Part shown: one piece after another, positions 32,274 through 47,199 of the stretch | Position numbering within the stretch: position 1 is the stretch's first letter | Layout of the letters: each line of letters starts with the position of its first letter | Origin: the human T2T-CHM13v2.0 reference genome, Homo sapiens | NCBI RefSeq assembly: GCF_009914755.1 | Contig: NC_060934.1 | DNA length: 64,000 bases | Reading direction: 5' to 3' (one strand) | The notes under the pieces: generated by a model | Databases searched by the model: none | What the model saw: the letters and a program-made list of their open reading frames with translations, nothing else | Told to the model about the DNA's origin: nothing | Translations under genes and position numbers: made by a program

Positions 32274-32964
32274 CTAACAGTCCTGCCCTCTCTTGTTGTA
32301 ACTCAGGCTGGTTGCTTGACTTTTCGGAAACTCCGGCTGTAAAATTGGCTCATGATGGGCCCCTCATGGGGCTGCGTGACAAGGACAATGACATTGCAGG
32401 AGAAGCCGAGTACACTGGCTGGCACACAGCAGGCTCAGTAGCTGGGAGCCACCCCTCCCTTTCCTCTCTTCTGATGCTGTGTTGACATGGAGGAGAGGGG
32501 AGCTGCCTGTGCTCTCCTGAGAGGACCCAGCTTCCTGAAAAAAGCTGGAAGCTGGGGGCTGACTGCTGGGTATTTAGGAAGAAGGGGTCTTGCAAGAAGC
32601 AGGAGATAAGGAGCCCGCAGGAAGCCAGAAATTAGTCTCAGGGTGAATCTGCCTGGGCTGCAGCTGGGGCAGCTCCTCCCAGGGTCCCATCATGGGGACC
32701 GCCCCTCTGGCTTGCCCTGCAGGCATGTGGGCATCCTGGAATGAGTCCCTCACTGCAGCCAAAAAACCTTGAGGCTGACCTGCCCAGGAAGACAGGGGCT
32801 CAAAAGGAAGAGAGGCATTACCTCAGCCTGGCATGGCCTGGCTCACTCCCCTTCCCTCAATAATCACAGTGTCAGCCCTCAAATGTACCACCTGTGGGAC
32901 TTCTGATTGACCTTCTCTTTGAAGGCAGGGAAGTTATATTCTCTAAGTGCAAAATAGAGCTCCT

Positions 32965-33108
32965 GTTTTTATTTTTATACTTTTTAAAAATAGCAATGGG
33001 ATTTCACTATGTTGCCTAGGCTGGTCTTGAACTCCTGGGCTCAAGGGATCTTCCTGCCTGGGCCTCCCAAAGTGCTAGGATTACAGGTGTGAGAGAGCAT
33101 GCCCAGCC
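32965..33108 (-). mobile_element. FLAM/AluJ monomer
   Basis: Antisense left-monomer sequence (GAACTCCTGGGCTCAAG). Confidence 0.85.
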
Positions 33109-34173
33109 GAAATACAGCTTTTATCACAGATTTCTCAGGTCACATGGAGTTGGGGAGAAGATGGATTACCTTCCTGTGCTGTCTCTCTATTATATCAAGT
33201 GGAAATAAGGAAGGATAGAACACAGGCTGGGGAACTGGAGCTGGGGCTCTGGGTTCTAGGTCCCAGTGCTGTGTGACCTTCACCAGCACCCTCACCCCCA
33301 CCCAGGGTTTTTGATTTCCAACGGGTAAAATTCGGGGGCTGCAGTAGATTATCCTCAGGGTCCTAGTAGCATTCCATGGATGTGACGCTGATGATATGGG
33401 CTTACTTTATTGGGGACTTACTGAAAGCTGATCAAGAGGGGAGAAGGCTGGGGGAGCCTGGAAGACATGGTTGAAATCCAGACTCGTGCCTCCTCAGCAA
33501 GTTGGGCATGAAATTAAAGAGCCCATGCATGCGAGGAAAGACAAAGAGTTACCAACAACAACCAGAAGGATCTTGCTACATAAAGCTACAACAAAAGGGT
33601 TCTGCTACAAAACAAAGAAAAGGTTTTATTGACAAACCAGAAATCTTCTTTTGAGGTTTTGTGCTGTTGTGGCCGCAAGATTTAGTGCTGGCAAAGATGT
33701 TGCAAAGATAAGTCTGATCTCAGGTACAGAAGGGCTTTGGCAAGAACCCTACTCTCTCGAGCCCACAGACCCCATCTCCCTCCCCAAACCTGGCTGGTAA
33801 ACCTACATTTTCTTATATGTTGCTGGTGCTTTAGATCAAATTTTCTCAGAAGGTAACGATGGTGGAGTGGGAAGAGTAGACAGAGCATTAAACCCCATCT
33901 CTGCCACTTGCTACCTGTGTCACTTAAACTCTATTAGGTTTCTCATCTGTGAAATTGATATAATAACACCAAACTGTCTTCTTTTGCTATACAGTTGGGG
34001 TGAAAAAATACTTGCAGTGGTCTTACTAATACTTACAAATGTTTTATATTATTAAGGGATGCAATACTAGAAGGCCAGTATTTGGAAAATCCTGAGTACA
34101 ATGCAGGAGTCCCTGGAAGGTGTGGGCCACCTGCCTCTTCATTCAATAGGAAGCCTCAGTCCTGACCCATTCA

Positions 34174-34482
<309 letters not shown>

Positions 34483-34650
34483 GGAAGGAAAGGAAAGGAA
34501 AGGAAAGGAAAGGAAAGGAAAGGAAAGGAAAGGAAAGGAAAGGAAAGGAAAGGAAAGGAAAGGAAAGGAGGAAGGGGGAATGGGGAAGGGGAAGGGAGAA
34601 GGGGGAAGGGGGGAGGGGAGGGGGAAGAGGAGGAAGGGAAGGGAAGGGAG
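34483..34650 (+). repeat. (GGAAA)16 plus G-rich polypurine tract
   Basis: Perfect pentamer array 34487-34566; tract is purine except for one T at 34581. Confidence 0.95.
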
Positions 34651-34689
34651 TGAACAAATAAATAGAGAATAAAATTTACAAAACAATGG

Positions 34690-36545
<1,856 letters not shown>

Positions 36546-38067
36546 CTTACAATAAAGAAAAAATTTGAATCTGCACAGAGGGAAAATATGCCTCTACTCT
36601 CAGAGCCATGAGGAGCCAGAACAGAATGACTCAGGTGGTCTGACTACTGGACTGCATCACCAACAGGGGAGGAGGGGCTGCCAAGAGCGGAAAGGAAGGG
36701 GAGGTGGGGTGGGCAGGATCAAGGCTTCCGTTCCCATCCGGCTAGGCCAGGCCCTGCATCACCTCCTGGTGGAATCTCCAAGTGTCAACACCACAACTGA
36801 TTGGAATGGTGAGCTTCTGAGGCTGACAAGTGATATTTGAGAATGCATAGTCAGGCTACAGTTAGACAGAGGCACCAGATGAGCTTGGCAATCCCCTTTC
36901 TGTAACAGGCTCCCTCTAACCTCTCTGCCATGAGTGAATAGTTTGGTTTTCCATAAAGTGCCCTGAATAGTCATGCAAAATAAAGAAATGACCTTTTTTG
37001 CTTTCCAAATCTTGCTAAGCCCCGAGGAGTTGAGTCACTTAGTGAAAGAGACATATGTCTGCCTTGGTTTCCCTGCGTACCTACACCAATTTGCATAAGA
37101 AAACATCACTTTGAGGCTACAAACCAGACTTGAGCTTTTTTCTCTTTCTTGCACACACTCAGACACATCCACACATATGCACTGCCCCGTCCCCAGCAGA
37201 CTTACAAGTAGGCTCTCTCCCTGAATGCATGTACAGAGTGGGGCCTGAAATGCATAGGCCCTTTATGCATGATGAGGGCCAAAAGCTGAGCCCAGTGACT
37301 GTTCCCAGCAGTGCGGCCAGAGAAGAGTGAATCCTCCTCCACATGTCTACCCACACAGACCTCCGAAGCAAAAGTGGTGCATGGGCTTCATCTGCCACTG
37401 CAGTGGAAGGGATTTAATTTCAGCTATATGGGGGAAGGAAGGCCCTAAGATGCCTGTCTCTGTTTCCTTTTACTGGCCCATTTCCCCTCATCCAAGTTCC
37501 TTGTGTGGCATCTTCAAGGGGCCTAAATTGACCAGTGAAATCACGTCATCCACCCACCTCATTTCGCAGGTGGAGAATCTGAGTTACAAAAGCAGAAGGA
37601 ATTGCCCAAAGGCATGTGATCAGCTAGGGTCACTGACTAGACCAGCATCCCGAACTCCTGGTTTGCAGTCCAGGGTGATGTCTGCTACACGATGCTGCCA
37701 GCCGACAGTCTCTTTTCCAACAGAGAAGGTGGCTTATTCCCATTGGAAAGTACTGGAAGGTGGCACCTAGGCTATGGGCTTCCCCAGTAGTCTGCTGGGG
37801 GCTCCCCACCAGGACTGTTTTCCCAGTCCTGGCTTGAGGGCACAATTAGAGCAGCTTCAGAATCACCAGTAAAGGGAGGTTCTCCCCTTTAGTTGTTCAC
37901 TGAGAACATAGCCACAGAGGGACAGATTACGGTTCCCAGGAAGCCCAGTGGAGTCAGATTAAGTCAGGCCACACATACCACTGAGAGCAGCCTTGTATGT
38001 GCTCCATGTCGTGTAGGTTACAGGAGGATGGACAGAGGAAGTGGAAGGCATAGTTTTGAAATATTCT

Positions 38068-38354
38068 GGCTGGGCACCATGGCTCATGCCTGTAAACTCA
38101 GCACTTTGGGAGGCTGAGGTAGGCGGATCATCTGAGGTTGGGAGTTTGAGACCAGCCTGACCAACATGGAGAAACCCCATCTCTACTAAAAACACAAAAT
38201 TAGCTGGGTGTGATGGTGCATGCCTGTAATCCCAGCTACTCGGGAGGCTGAGGCAGGAGAATTGCTTGAACCCGGGAGGCGGAGATTGTGGTGAGCCAAT
38301 CGTGCCATTACACTCTAGCCTGGGCAACAAGAGAGAAACTCTGTCTCAAAAAAA
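38068..38354 (+). mobile_element. AluS (Sp-like)
   Basis: CCTGACCAACATGGAGAAACCCC motif; short A tail. Confidence 0.9.
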
Positions 38355-38618
38355 ATTCTTTATTTCAAAATGATGAGACAGTATAGTTCAGCGATTAAAA
38401 GCATGGCCTTTGGAATTCAACAGACCTGGACGTTGCCTCTCACTGTATGTGTAGCCATGAACCCCACTTTCTGAGCCTGTAAATGGAAAGGAACAGTTAT
38501 CCCAGCATCTACTCAGTGAACAGTACCTGAGGATGGCTTGCTTTGAAGATCTAGTTTCAGAACTCAGGAGACACAGTGCCCAGAGGCCAGCTCTGGGCCT
38601 TCACAGCCAGTGAATATA

Positions 38619-39481
38619 ATTTTTTTATTTCTTTTCTCTTTTGTAGAGTCAGAGTCTCACTCTGTTGCCCAGGCAGGAGTGCAGTGGTAATCACAGCTCA
38701 CTGCAGCCTCTAACTTCTGTGCTCAAGAGATCCTCCTGCTTCAGCCTCTCCAGTAGCTGGGACTACAGGCATGCACCACCACACCTGGCTGTGTTAGTCA
38801 GGGTTCTCTAAAGGGACAGGACTAATAGGATAGATGTATATATGAAAGAGGGTTTATTAAGGAGTATGGACGAACACGATCACAAGGTGAAGTCTCACAA
38901 TAGGCCATCTGCAATCTGAGAAGCAAGGAAGCCAGTCCAAGTCCCAAAACCTCAAAAGTAGGGAAGCCAATAATACATCCTTCAGTCTGTGTCCAAAGGT
39001 CTGAGAGCCCCTGGCAAACCACTGGTGTAAGTCTAAGAATCCAAAAGCTGAAGAACTTGGAGTCTGATATTCAAGGGCAGGAAGCATCCAGCGCAGGAGA
39101 AAGATGAAGGCCGAAGACTCAGCCAGTCTAGTCCTTCCATGTTCCTCTGCCTGCTTTTATCCTAGCCACGCTAGCAGTTGATTAGATGGTGCCCACCCAG
39201 ATTGAGGGTGGGTCTGCCTCTCCCAGTCCTGACTCAAATGTTAATCTCCTTTGTCCGCACCCTCACAGACATGCCCAGGAACAATACTTTGCAGCCTTCA
39301 ATCCAATGAAGTTAACACTCAATATTAACCATCACATTGGTTAATTAAAAAAAATTTTTTTTTTTGTAAAGACAGGGTCTTGCAGTGTTACCCAGGCTTG
39401 TCTTGAACTTCTGGTCCCAAGCAATCCTCCCACCTCGGCTTCCCAAACTGGAATTACAGGTGTGAGCCTATACGCCTGGCC
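38619..39481 (-). mobile_element. AluJ split by an LTR (38619-38789 and 39342-39481)
   Basis: Right monomer ends CACACCTGGC before the LTR; linker and left monomer resume after it. Confidence 0.85.
38790..39336 (-). mobile_element. ERVL solo LTR, MLT2A2-like
   Basis: Minus strand starts TGTGATGGTTAATATTGAGTG and ends GACTAACACA; 547 bp; degenerate 5-bp TSD CTGGC/TTGGT. Confidence 0.88.
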
Positions 39482-39527
39482 CCAGTGTTGCTTTTTAATT
39501 TCTTTTTGTGGAGACTGGGTCTTGCTC

Positions 39528-40287
<760 letters not shown>

Positions 40288-43228
40288 CCTCAGTGTTCTT
40301 GAAAGTGATCAGAGGGCGGGAGGATGAGTGGGAGGAGAGGAGCTGTCCACAGTCCCAGTGCTGACCTGCTGAGAACTTCATCCTGAGCAGGACCCTGCAG
40401 GCTTGCAACCACTCAGGCCCCCTGGTAAATTTCTAGGCTGTGGTTGTGGGTGAGTGGGGGCTGGAGTGGGACAAAGAACTAGGAGAAATAGCTTTTCCTG
40501 AAGGCTCCAGTCCTGGGAATACAAGACAAGCTCCACTGCCTCACTCCAGCTCAGAGGCAGGAAATGAACAGGGCCAGACATCTTTAGAAGTCAGTTTAAA
40601 CCCAGAGAAGCTGTTGTTCATGAACCAGTTCAATGCCTCGCAGTCTAACACTAAGGAAGATCAATCACACGCTTCTCTGCTCCTGGAGTCAGCCTGCATT
40701 GCAAATAAAGAAGCTGCTGCCACCACAGACACATTTAATGGATTTTCAAAGCAAGGTGCAAACTCACTGGCTGGCTGTGTGCCTGTGAGTTCAGTGGAGA
40801 GGAATGGCTTTGAGTCAGGTAGACTCTAGCTGAACTGCAACTCTTTCTATTTCTCCAACTGTGGGGCAACTGTGGTGTAGGCGATGAAGTCCTGGGCTGA
40901 GGGAGGACCTGCGTTCTCATTTCAGATCTGCCACGGGGCATCTGTGAGACCTTAAGCAAGCTGCTTGGCTGCAAGTTTCTGACACCCAGTCCATAATCAG
41001 GGTAATTATCCCTATCCTATGAATGATAAGAGGAGAAATGAATTTAATGTTCTTAGCAGAAGGTCTAGTCCACAGCGAGCCCTCAGATAGACACTGACTT
41101 TATATACTACTCAGCTGGCATTCAGTCCAAGCACTCGGTTTGGGGAGAGAGTTAGAGGAGAGAAGAATGGGAGTGATGGGCATTTGGGCATCATCTGGAA
41201 AGACTGGGAGAATCAAACCTGGGCATTAGAACAGAGTCAGCATGTTTATGAACATAGGCCTGGGTCCACATCACCTCCCTCATCAGCTCTGGCCCCCTGG
41301 GAATGCTGCTTAATCTCTTTGAATCTCAGTTTCCTCATCTGTATGATGGGGTAACTAAAGTATCTCTAGTAAAGGGCTGCCATGAAACTTACATGAGGTA
41401 AAGCAAGGGATCCTAGCAAACCTTCAATAGATGTTGCTCAGCTTTCTGAGTCCCTTCAGACAGTGGGGCCTCAGCTTCTTCCAAAAGTTCATCAGCTGAC
41501 ACTTCCAGGCAGTAGGCTTCCTCTTCTCTCTGGCTGGGCCTTCTGCCTGGCCTATGGGGCCTGGGCCAGCCAGAGACTCAGGAGTGGCAAAGGCCCTGTC
41601 TAGCAGGCCAATTCTTGTCCTATCTGATAATGAGCAAGTGAGCTGGAGGCTCAATGGTGCTGTTGGACTTTGCTTTCATGATTCGGCTTACCCCACTTGA
41701 GGACTGGGCCAGGGGTGTGCATAAACAGCTTTCCTGGGGGCAGGGACCACCTGTCTGATAGTAGTAGCAGAGAGACCATTAGACAGCAGTCAGGATCCTG
41801 AGTTCCAGGCCCTGGTTTGCCACATGTTCTTATGCAATGAACATCTCCTGTAGGGTTTCAGAATTCTTATCTCTGTGTCATTCCTACAACTCCCAGGGTT
41901 CTACAAGAATCCCATGAAGAATCAGATTTGTAAAAGCTTTAAAAATAGAGAACTGCTGGTGGGCCAAGGTGGAGAGACTAGAAGGGACCTATCCCCAGAA
42001 TGACTGGATGCTGCAGGTCCTGAAGTTAACATCTGAATGGGACTGACCTTCCTGTCCAGCCTGACATTGGGCTGGCATCCACAGTTTGCATCCAGAGTTT
42101 GCCAATGCTCTTTCTTCCTGCTTTTCTACAGACCTATGTTATGCTCAAGAGCCACAACCACATGCCAGGCTTCAGGTTCCAGGCATTTGCTCAGGCACTT
42201 CTTTTCCCATGGAATGCCAGGCCCTGGTCCCACTCCACTTGCAGAGCTCCAGATTTCCCCAAGGGTTGTGCTCTCTGTGTCCATGGCACTTTTACAAAAC
42301 TTCCCTTGGGGCATTGGTGACATTCTGGTTTGTGTTCAGTTTATATCAATATTTCATCTCTTTCTAAAGATAGTGGTGGAAAGGACCACTGCAGTCTGCA
42401 ACCTCTCATTGGAGTGTGTACTCAGGCATATTCATGGATTAAAGACAGTAGCACAGTGGAAATAACAATGGATTTGAATCCTGACTTTTCATCAATTCAT
42501 TTTATTCTATCTATTGGTGCTTACTTGGAGTGACCTTAAACAAATATGGACCTCTTTGAGTCTCAGCTCCTTCACTTGTCAAGATGGAATCATGATATTT
42601 ATGCCGCAGGGTTGCTGCAGGATAGGCGATGACGTGCACTTCCATCTGCCTTTACCATAGTTCTGTTTTGAGCTCTCCCTTGGGTACCAGTTACAGCATT
42701 TAGTGATTCACATTGACTCTGTCACGAACATTCCATTGCTGCTGACTTCCCTCCAGCTTGAAGGAGCAAGCCATGCAGATCCAGCCACAATGTGTTCTCC
42801 TGGTGGGCACACTCCAGGCCTTGTTGCCCCTGGTCAGGTGGGATCAATCATTGTGGCTTTTCATGGAGGTGCAGTGAGGACTTGTATCAAGGCCTGGATA
42901 GGGACATGCATCTCCCCTCCTTGCTGAGTGTGATCTCACTGCCAACTGGTGTCTGGGGCCATGTTGGAATCCATGTTTGGGGAGGCTCAGCCTGGCTGAA
43001 GCTAACAGGATTGGGGCCCTGGTTACTATGGGATATCAGCGCCCCCTCAAACCATGGTCCAACTGAAGGCAGGAAATTTTGCTTAAAACTAGAGGAAAAT
43101 GAGCTCAGTCTCTTTAGGAAACTGAGTTAATATATTCTGAGTGTCTTTCTGGCATTTTAACCTTTCAATGTTGCCTTTAGGAATTCAGAAAGCAAATGAT
43201 CTTTAAAATATGTGAGAGGGTATATAAA

Positions 43229-43257
43229 TGTGTGTGTGTGTGTGTGTGTGTGTGTGT
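43229..43257 (+). repeat. (TG)n microsatellite
   Basis: Direct read. Confidence 0.95.
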
Positions 43258-43829
43258 TCATTTGTTTATTGATGTTGGACCTAGTTACCAAGTCACCAAC
43301 ATCAGTTTGGTGTTGCAAAATTGAGACACTTTTAAGTTACAGCCCAAGGACACCTTCCTGAGAAGGTGGCTGAGGACCTCTGGAGTGTGCAGAAAGAACC
43401 AAGCCATGGAGCTAGAGGTACTGGCTTCATCCCTCACCAACTCTGTCACTTAACTTCTTTGAGTCTTTGGGTTCTCATCTGGAAAACGTGGGGCAGCAAT
43501 AGAAGCTTTTCTTCCTGTCTTTGTTGCAAGAACTAAATAAAGTATGGTAATGTTTGGACATGTTTTATAAACTCCAATGTGCTAGGAGAATATTAATTGA
43601 CATGTTATATTGTCAATATAAATATAAATAAATATTTATATAAAGATATAAAAATATAAATGGGATCCCGCATGTCTAGAGTCTCTGGTGAGGCTTCAGT
43701 GAGTGCCTCCAGGCCAGAACATCAGGTCATGGTTGGAGGATGTGCCCAGGTGATTGTTTGGCATCCAGTGGCTTACCCTGACCATTTCTCATAGAGCACA
43801 CTCCTGAGAGCATGACCACAGACCACCCT

Positions 43830-43982
43830 CACCAGAACTATCTAAGGAGCTCATGAAAATGCAGACTTCCAGACCTTCTGATTTGGAAACCCCAGGGGGT
43901 GTGGCCCAGGAATCAAACTCTTTAACCAGCACCCCAGGCTTACCAGGTGACTCTGATACACACAAAAGTGTGAGAATCACAG
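43830..43982. mobile_element. MER5-type hAT relic
   Basis: AAAATGCAGA, GGCCCAGGAATC, CCAGGTGACTCTGAT...GAGAATCAC motifs. Confidence 0.6.
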
Positions 43983-44039
43983 ATCCAATAGTGACCCCAA
44001 AACATTGGCTGATTTACTCCACAGACAGTACTTGGGCAC

Positions 44040-44437
44040 TATCTTAGTCTATTTTGTGCTGATATAACAGAATACCTGAGACTTGGTAATTTGTAATGAA
44101 TAGAAATTTATTGTTCATGGTTCTGGAGGCTGGGAAGTCCAAAATTCAGGGGCTGGCATATGGTGAGGGACTTTTTGCTACATCATCCCCTGGCAGAAAG
44201 TGGAAGAGCAGAGGGAGGGAGACACACAGGGAGAGAGAGAGAGAGAGAAGGAGGGGGTGGTGGCAAACTCATCCTTTAATAAGGAACCCATTCCCATGAT
44301 AATGGCACTAATCCACTTATGAAGGCAGTGCCTCCATGAGTCAAACACCTCCCATTGGGACCCACCTCCCAATACTGTTGCATTGGGGGTCAGGTTTCCA
44401 ACACATGAACTTTGGGGGACACATTCAAACTATAGCA
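44040..44437 (-). mobile_element. MaLR solo LTR (MST family)
   Basis: TCTTAGTC...GGTTCTGGAGGCTGGGAAGTCCAA...GGGGACACATTCAAACTATAGCA. Confidence 0.8.
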
Positions 44438-44759
44438 CAAATAGCTCCTATCTCCTGCCAGGAGCTATTTGTAGGGGACACTTCCTTGGCAGCAGGAGAG
44501 ACACACAGATGAACAGCGTCCTCTGCTGTCATATAACAGGTATTTAATGAGACATGTAGCCAACACTAAAATCTGTAGGCTACATGAGGGGGCCAAGGGT
44601 TGATGATATTGCTAGCATTCTGCCCTGTTTCCTTCTCTGGGAAGCAAAGCTAAACGTACACATTACCTTATGTAGTCATCACCACGGCTCTGAAAGGTAA
44701 ATAAGAAAACCTAGCCTCAGGGATGTTGAGTAAGTTGCCCAGGGTCCTATGAAATCAGT

Positions 44760-44959
44760 GAGTGGTGTGTCGTTAAATGTTTAACCACAGGCTGGGGTGG
44801 GAGAAGCCCTGATCTATGGAGTTTGCTGATTTCTATAATGCAAAAACTCATTGTGGTGGATTTTAAGCAACCAACATGCTGTCACTGAAGCAGAGATGGA
44901 GAGAGATGCCCATAATGGGCCCTTTTGAGCTGGTGTGAGCTGGCTTCAGAACTCCACTG
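44760..44959 (-). mobile_element. MER63A-like hAT MITE
   Basis: Termini AGTGGTGTG...TAAATGTTTAAC and GAGCTGGCTTCAGAACTCCACTG. Confidence 0.6.
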
Positions 44960-45071
44960 TCTGCAGCTGTCAGTCACTCAGATAACTGTCAATGAGTGTC
45001 ATCTGTGGACACACAGAGAAGAGAGGGAATCTTGTTTCTGCCCTCCTGACACCTCATTTCATGAGCATTTA

Positions 45072-45478
45072 ATAAAGTTTGGATGTTTGTCCCCTCCAAA
45101 TCTCATGTTGAAACATAATCCCCAATGTTGGAGGTGGGCCCTGGTGGGAGGCGAAGGCGATTGGATAATGGGGGCAGAGCCCTCATGAATGGGTTAGCAC
45201 CATCCTGAATGACTTCTCAGTCCATGAGAGATATGGTGTTTAAAAGCCTGGGACCTCCCCCTTCTCTTTCTGGCTTTCACTCTTGCCATGTGACATGCCT
45301 GCTCCCACTTTGCCTTTTGCCATGATTAGAAGCTTCCTGAGGCCCTCATCAGAAGCTGAGCAGATGTTGGAGCCATGATTGCATACCTTGCAGAATCATG
45401 AGCCAATTCAACCTCTTTTCTTCATCAATTACCCAATCTCAGGTATTCCTTTACAGCAAAGAAAAATGGCACAATACA
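45072..45478 (+). mobile_element. MaLR solo LTR (MSTB-like)
   Basis: TTTGGATGTTTGTCCCCTCCAAATCTCATGTTGAAA...TCAGGTATTCCTTTACAGCAA...AATACA. Confidence 0.82.
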
Positions 45479-46464
45479 GCATCTACAATGTGCTTGGTAC
45501 TATGTGAAGGAGATAATTAAGTATAATGAGGTCTCTACCTTCAGGGCGTAGAGTCCACCACGTCCTTGCTTGGCTTACTTTATCTAGTGGCTTGAGGCCC
45601 AGGAATGTCCAGTCACCACTGGCCACACCAGGAGGCTCCAGAACAGGGCTTTCTATGTCCAGGACAGGGAACTGAGGTTGCTGACATGGTGCAGGGGGTC
45701 ACTGCAGGGCAGCATCTCACAGAGTTGAAGGGGGCTGCAGGGGTTCTGAGAGCTGCCCCTGCCTGTCCATCCCCACCCCTTCCCCACAGAGTCTTGGTTG
45801 AGAACCGAAGGGCCACAGTCCCTGCACACTTTCCTGAGGGGAGGCAGGGGTCCCCTGTGTCCAGGGTCTCTGTTGCTTGGACCATGCCTGCCAGCTGACA
45901 CCCTCCCCATTTTCTGAAGAGTTCTGGCACCTTATATCAGGCAGGTCCCTCATAAACTAGAATGTGCTGCCTCACCAGTCTCAGGGCAGAGGGGTGTGTG
46001 GCTTCAGGGCTACAGGAGGCAGCTGCTGGAACTTGGAGCAGGACAACAGAGTATCCACCACACTAGGGCTGCTGTCTAGGCTGGTTGTGGACAGCCTGGC
46101 TTGCCCAGGTGGGAGCAGTCAGGGTCAGCAAAGGCATCTCCCAGCTGGAGAGATGCCCAGGGGATGTTACAGAGAGCCTCGGGGTCCCTGCAGCAGGCTT
46201 AGGATTCAGCCGAAGCTCTGGCTGTAGGGCGAGGGAAAGAAGGCACTGAGAATCGAGTAACCTCAGTCATGCAGCAGCTGTTCTTGGGACAGACAGGCTG
46301 GGACACTCACGTCAAGGTCTGCCAGGATAGCATGCAGGCGGGGACAGGTGGCACTGGGGCGTGAAGGTGTCCAGGCATCCCTTCCTTTTCTCAGAGAGAT
46401 TTCCTTGACTCAGCCTGTCTTTGACACACACGGGGGGATGGAGGATGTTGGGGGAAGGGAGCCA

Positions 46465-46800
46465 CAGTGAGCCAATCACCCTGCACCGGAGCCTTCGGGG
46501 CTGGTTCCCTCCGAGCCTGTAAGTGTGAGTGTGTGTGCGCGAGTGTGTCTGTGTGTGCACCAGTGGGGATTTCTGTGATAGAAGCAGCCAGATTCCAGAG
46601 ACAGAGAGAAGAGGAGGGGGAAGAACAAGAGGGGGGAGAAAATTGGGGGTGGGAGAGACAGACGGAGAGAACAGCGCGGGGGGCGGGGAGAGGGAGAGAG
46701 GTGGAGGGGAGAGCAGAGAGAGAGAGAGCGAGCCAGAGAGCAGAGAGGGAGGAAGAGAGAAAGCAAGAGAGCAGGAGGGTGCGCGGAGCGGAGCGGAGAC
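46465..46800 (+). promoter_or_regulatory. Proximal promoter elements: CCAAT box, GC box, GA-rich purine tract
   Basis: AGCCAATCA (CCAAT 46472-46476); GGGGCGGGG near 46680-46688; GA-rich tract ~46597-46780; no obvious TATA box. Confidence 0.55.
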
Positions 46801-47080
46801 AGAGCTCGCGGGCATGGGGTGAGAGCGGGAGGAAGCAGAGGCAGAGGCGGAGCAGGGGCGCAGGTGCCTGCAACCCAGGATCCCGGGGCGCTAAAGGCTT
46901 CGGGTTCTACCGCACGCTCAGTCGCTGGCTCCAGAGGTGCTGCTGGGGGCCAGGGTTCACTGCCGCGCGCCAGGTGCCTGCCCGTGAGGCGGCGCGGGGC
47001 TCCCGGGTGGCTGCGCGCCCAGACGCCTGCCCGGGAGGCCGCCTGAGGCTCCGGGGTGGCCGCGCGCCCTCCTGGGAGCC

Positions 47081-47131
47081 ATGGCGACTGGGGCCGGGGG
47101 TCGCCGGGCGGCGGCGGCGCCGAGGGGCTGA
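47081..47131 (+). other. Candidate uORF1 (16 aa, MATGAGGRRAAAAPRG)
   Basis: gccATGg at 47081, TGA at 47129-47131, out of frame with the CDS. Only relevant if the TSS is upstream. Confidence 0.5.
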
Positions 47132-47150
47132 GCCGGCCGCGGGCAGCGCC

Positions 47151-47177
47151 ATGGCGGCGCCGGGTTGCGGACCCTGA
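47151..47177 (+). other. Candidate uORF2 (8 aa, MAAPGCGP)
   Basis: gccATGg at 47151, TGA ending 47177, 22 nt before the GPR26 ATG. Confidence 0.55.
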
Positions 47178-47199
47178 GCGCCGGCGCGGGGCGCGCACC

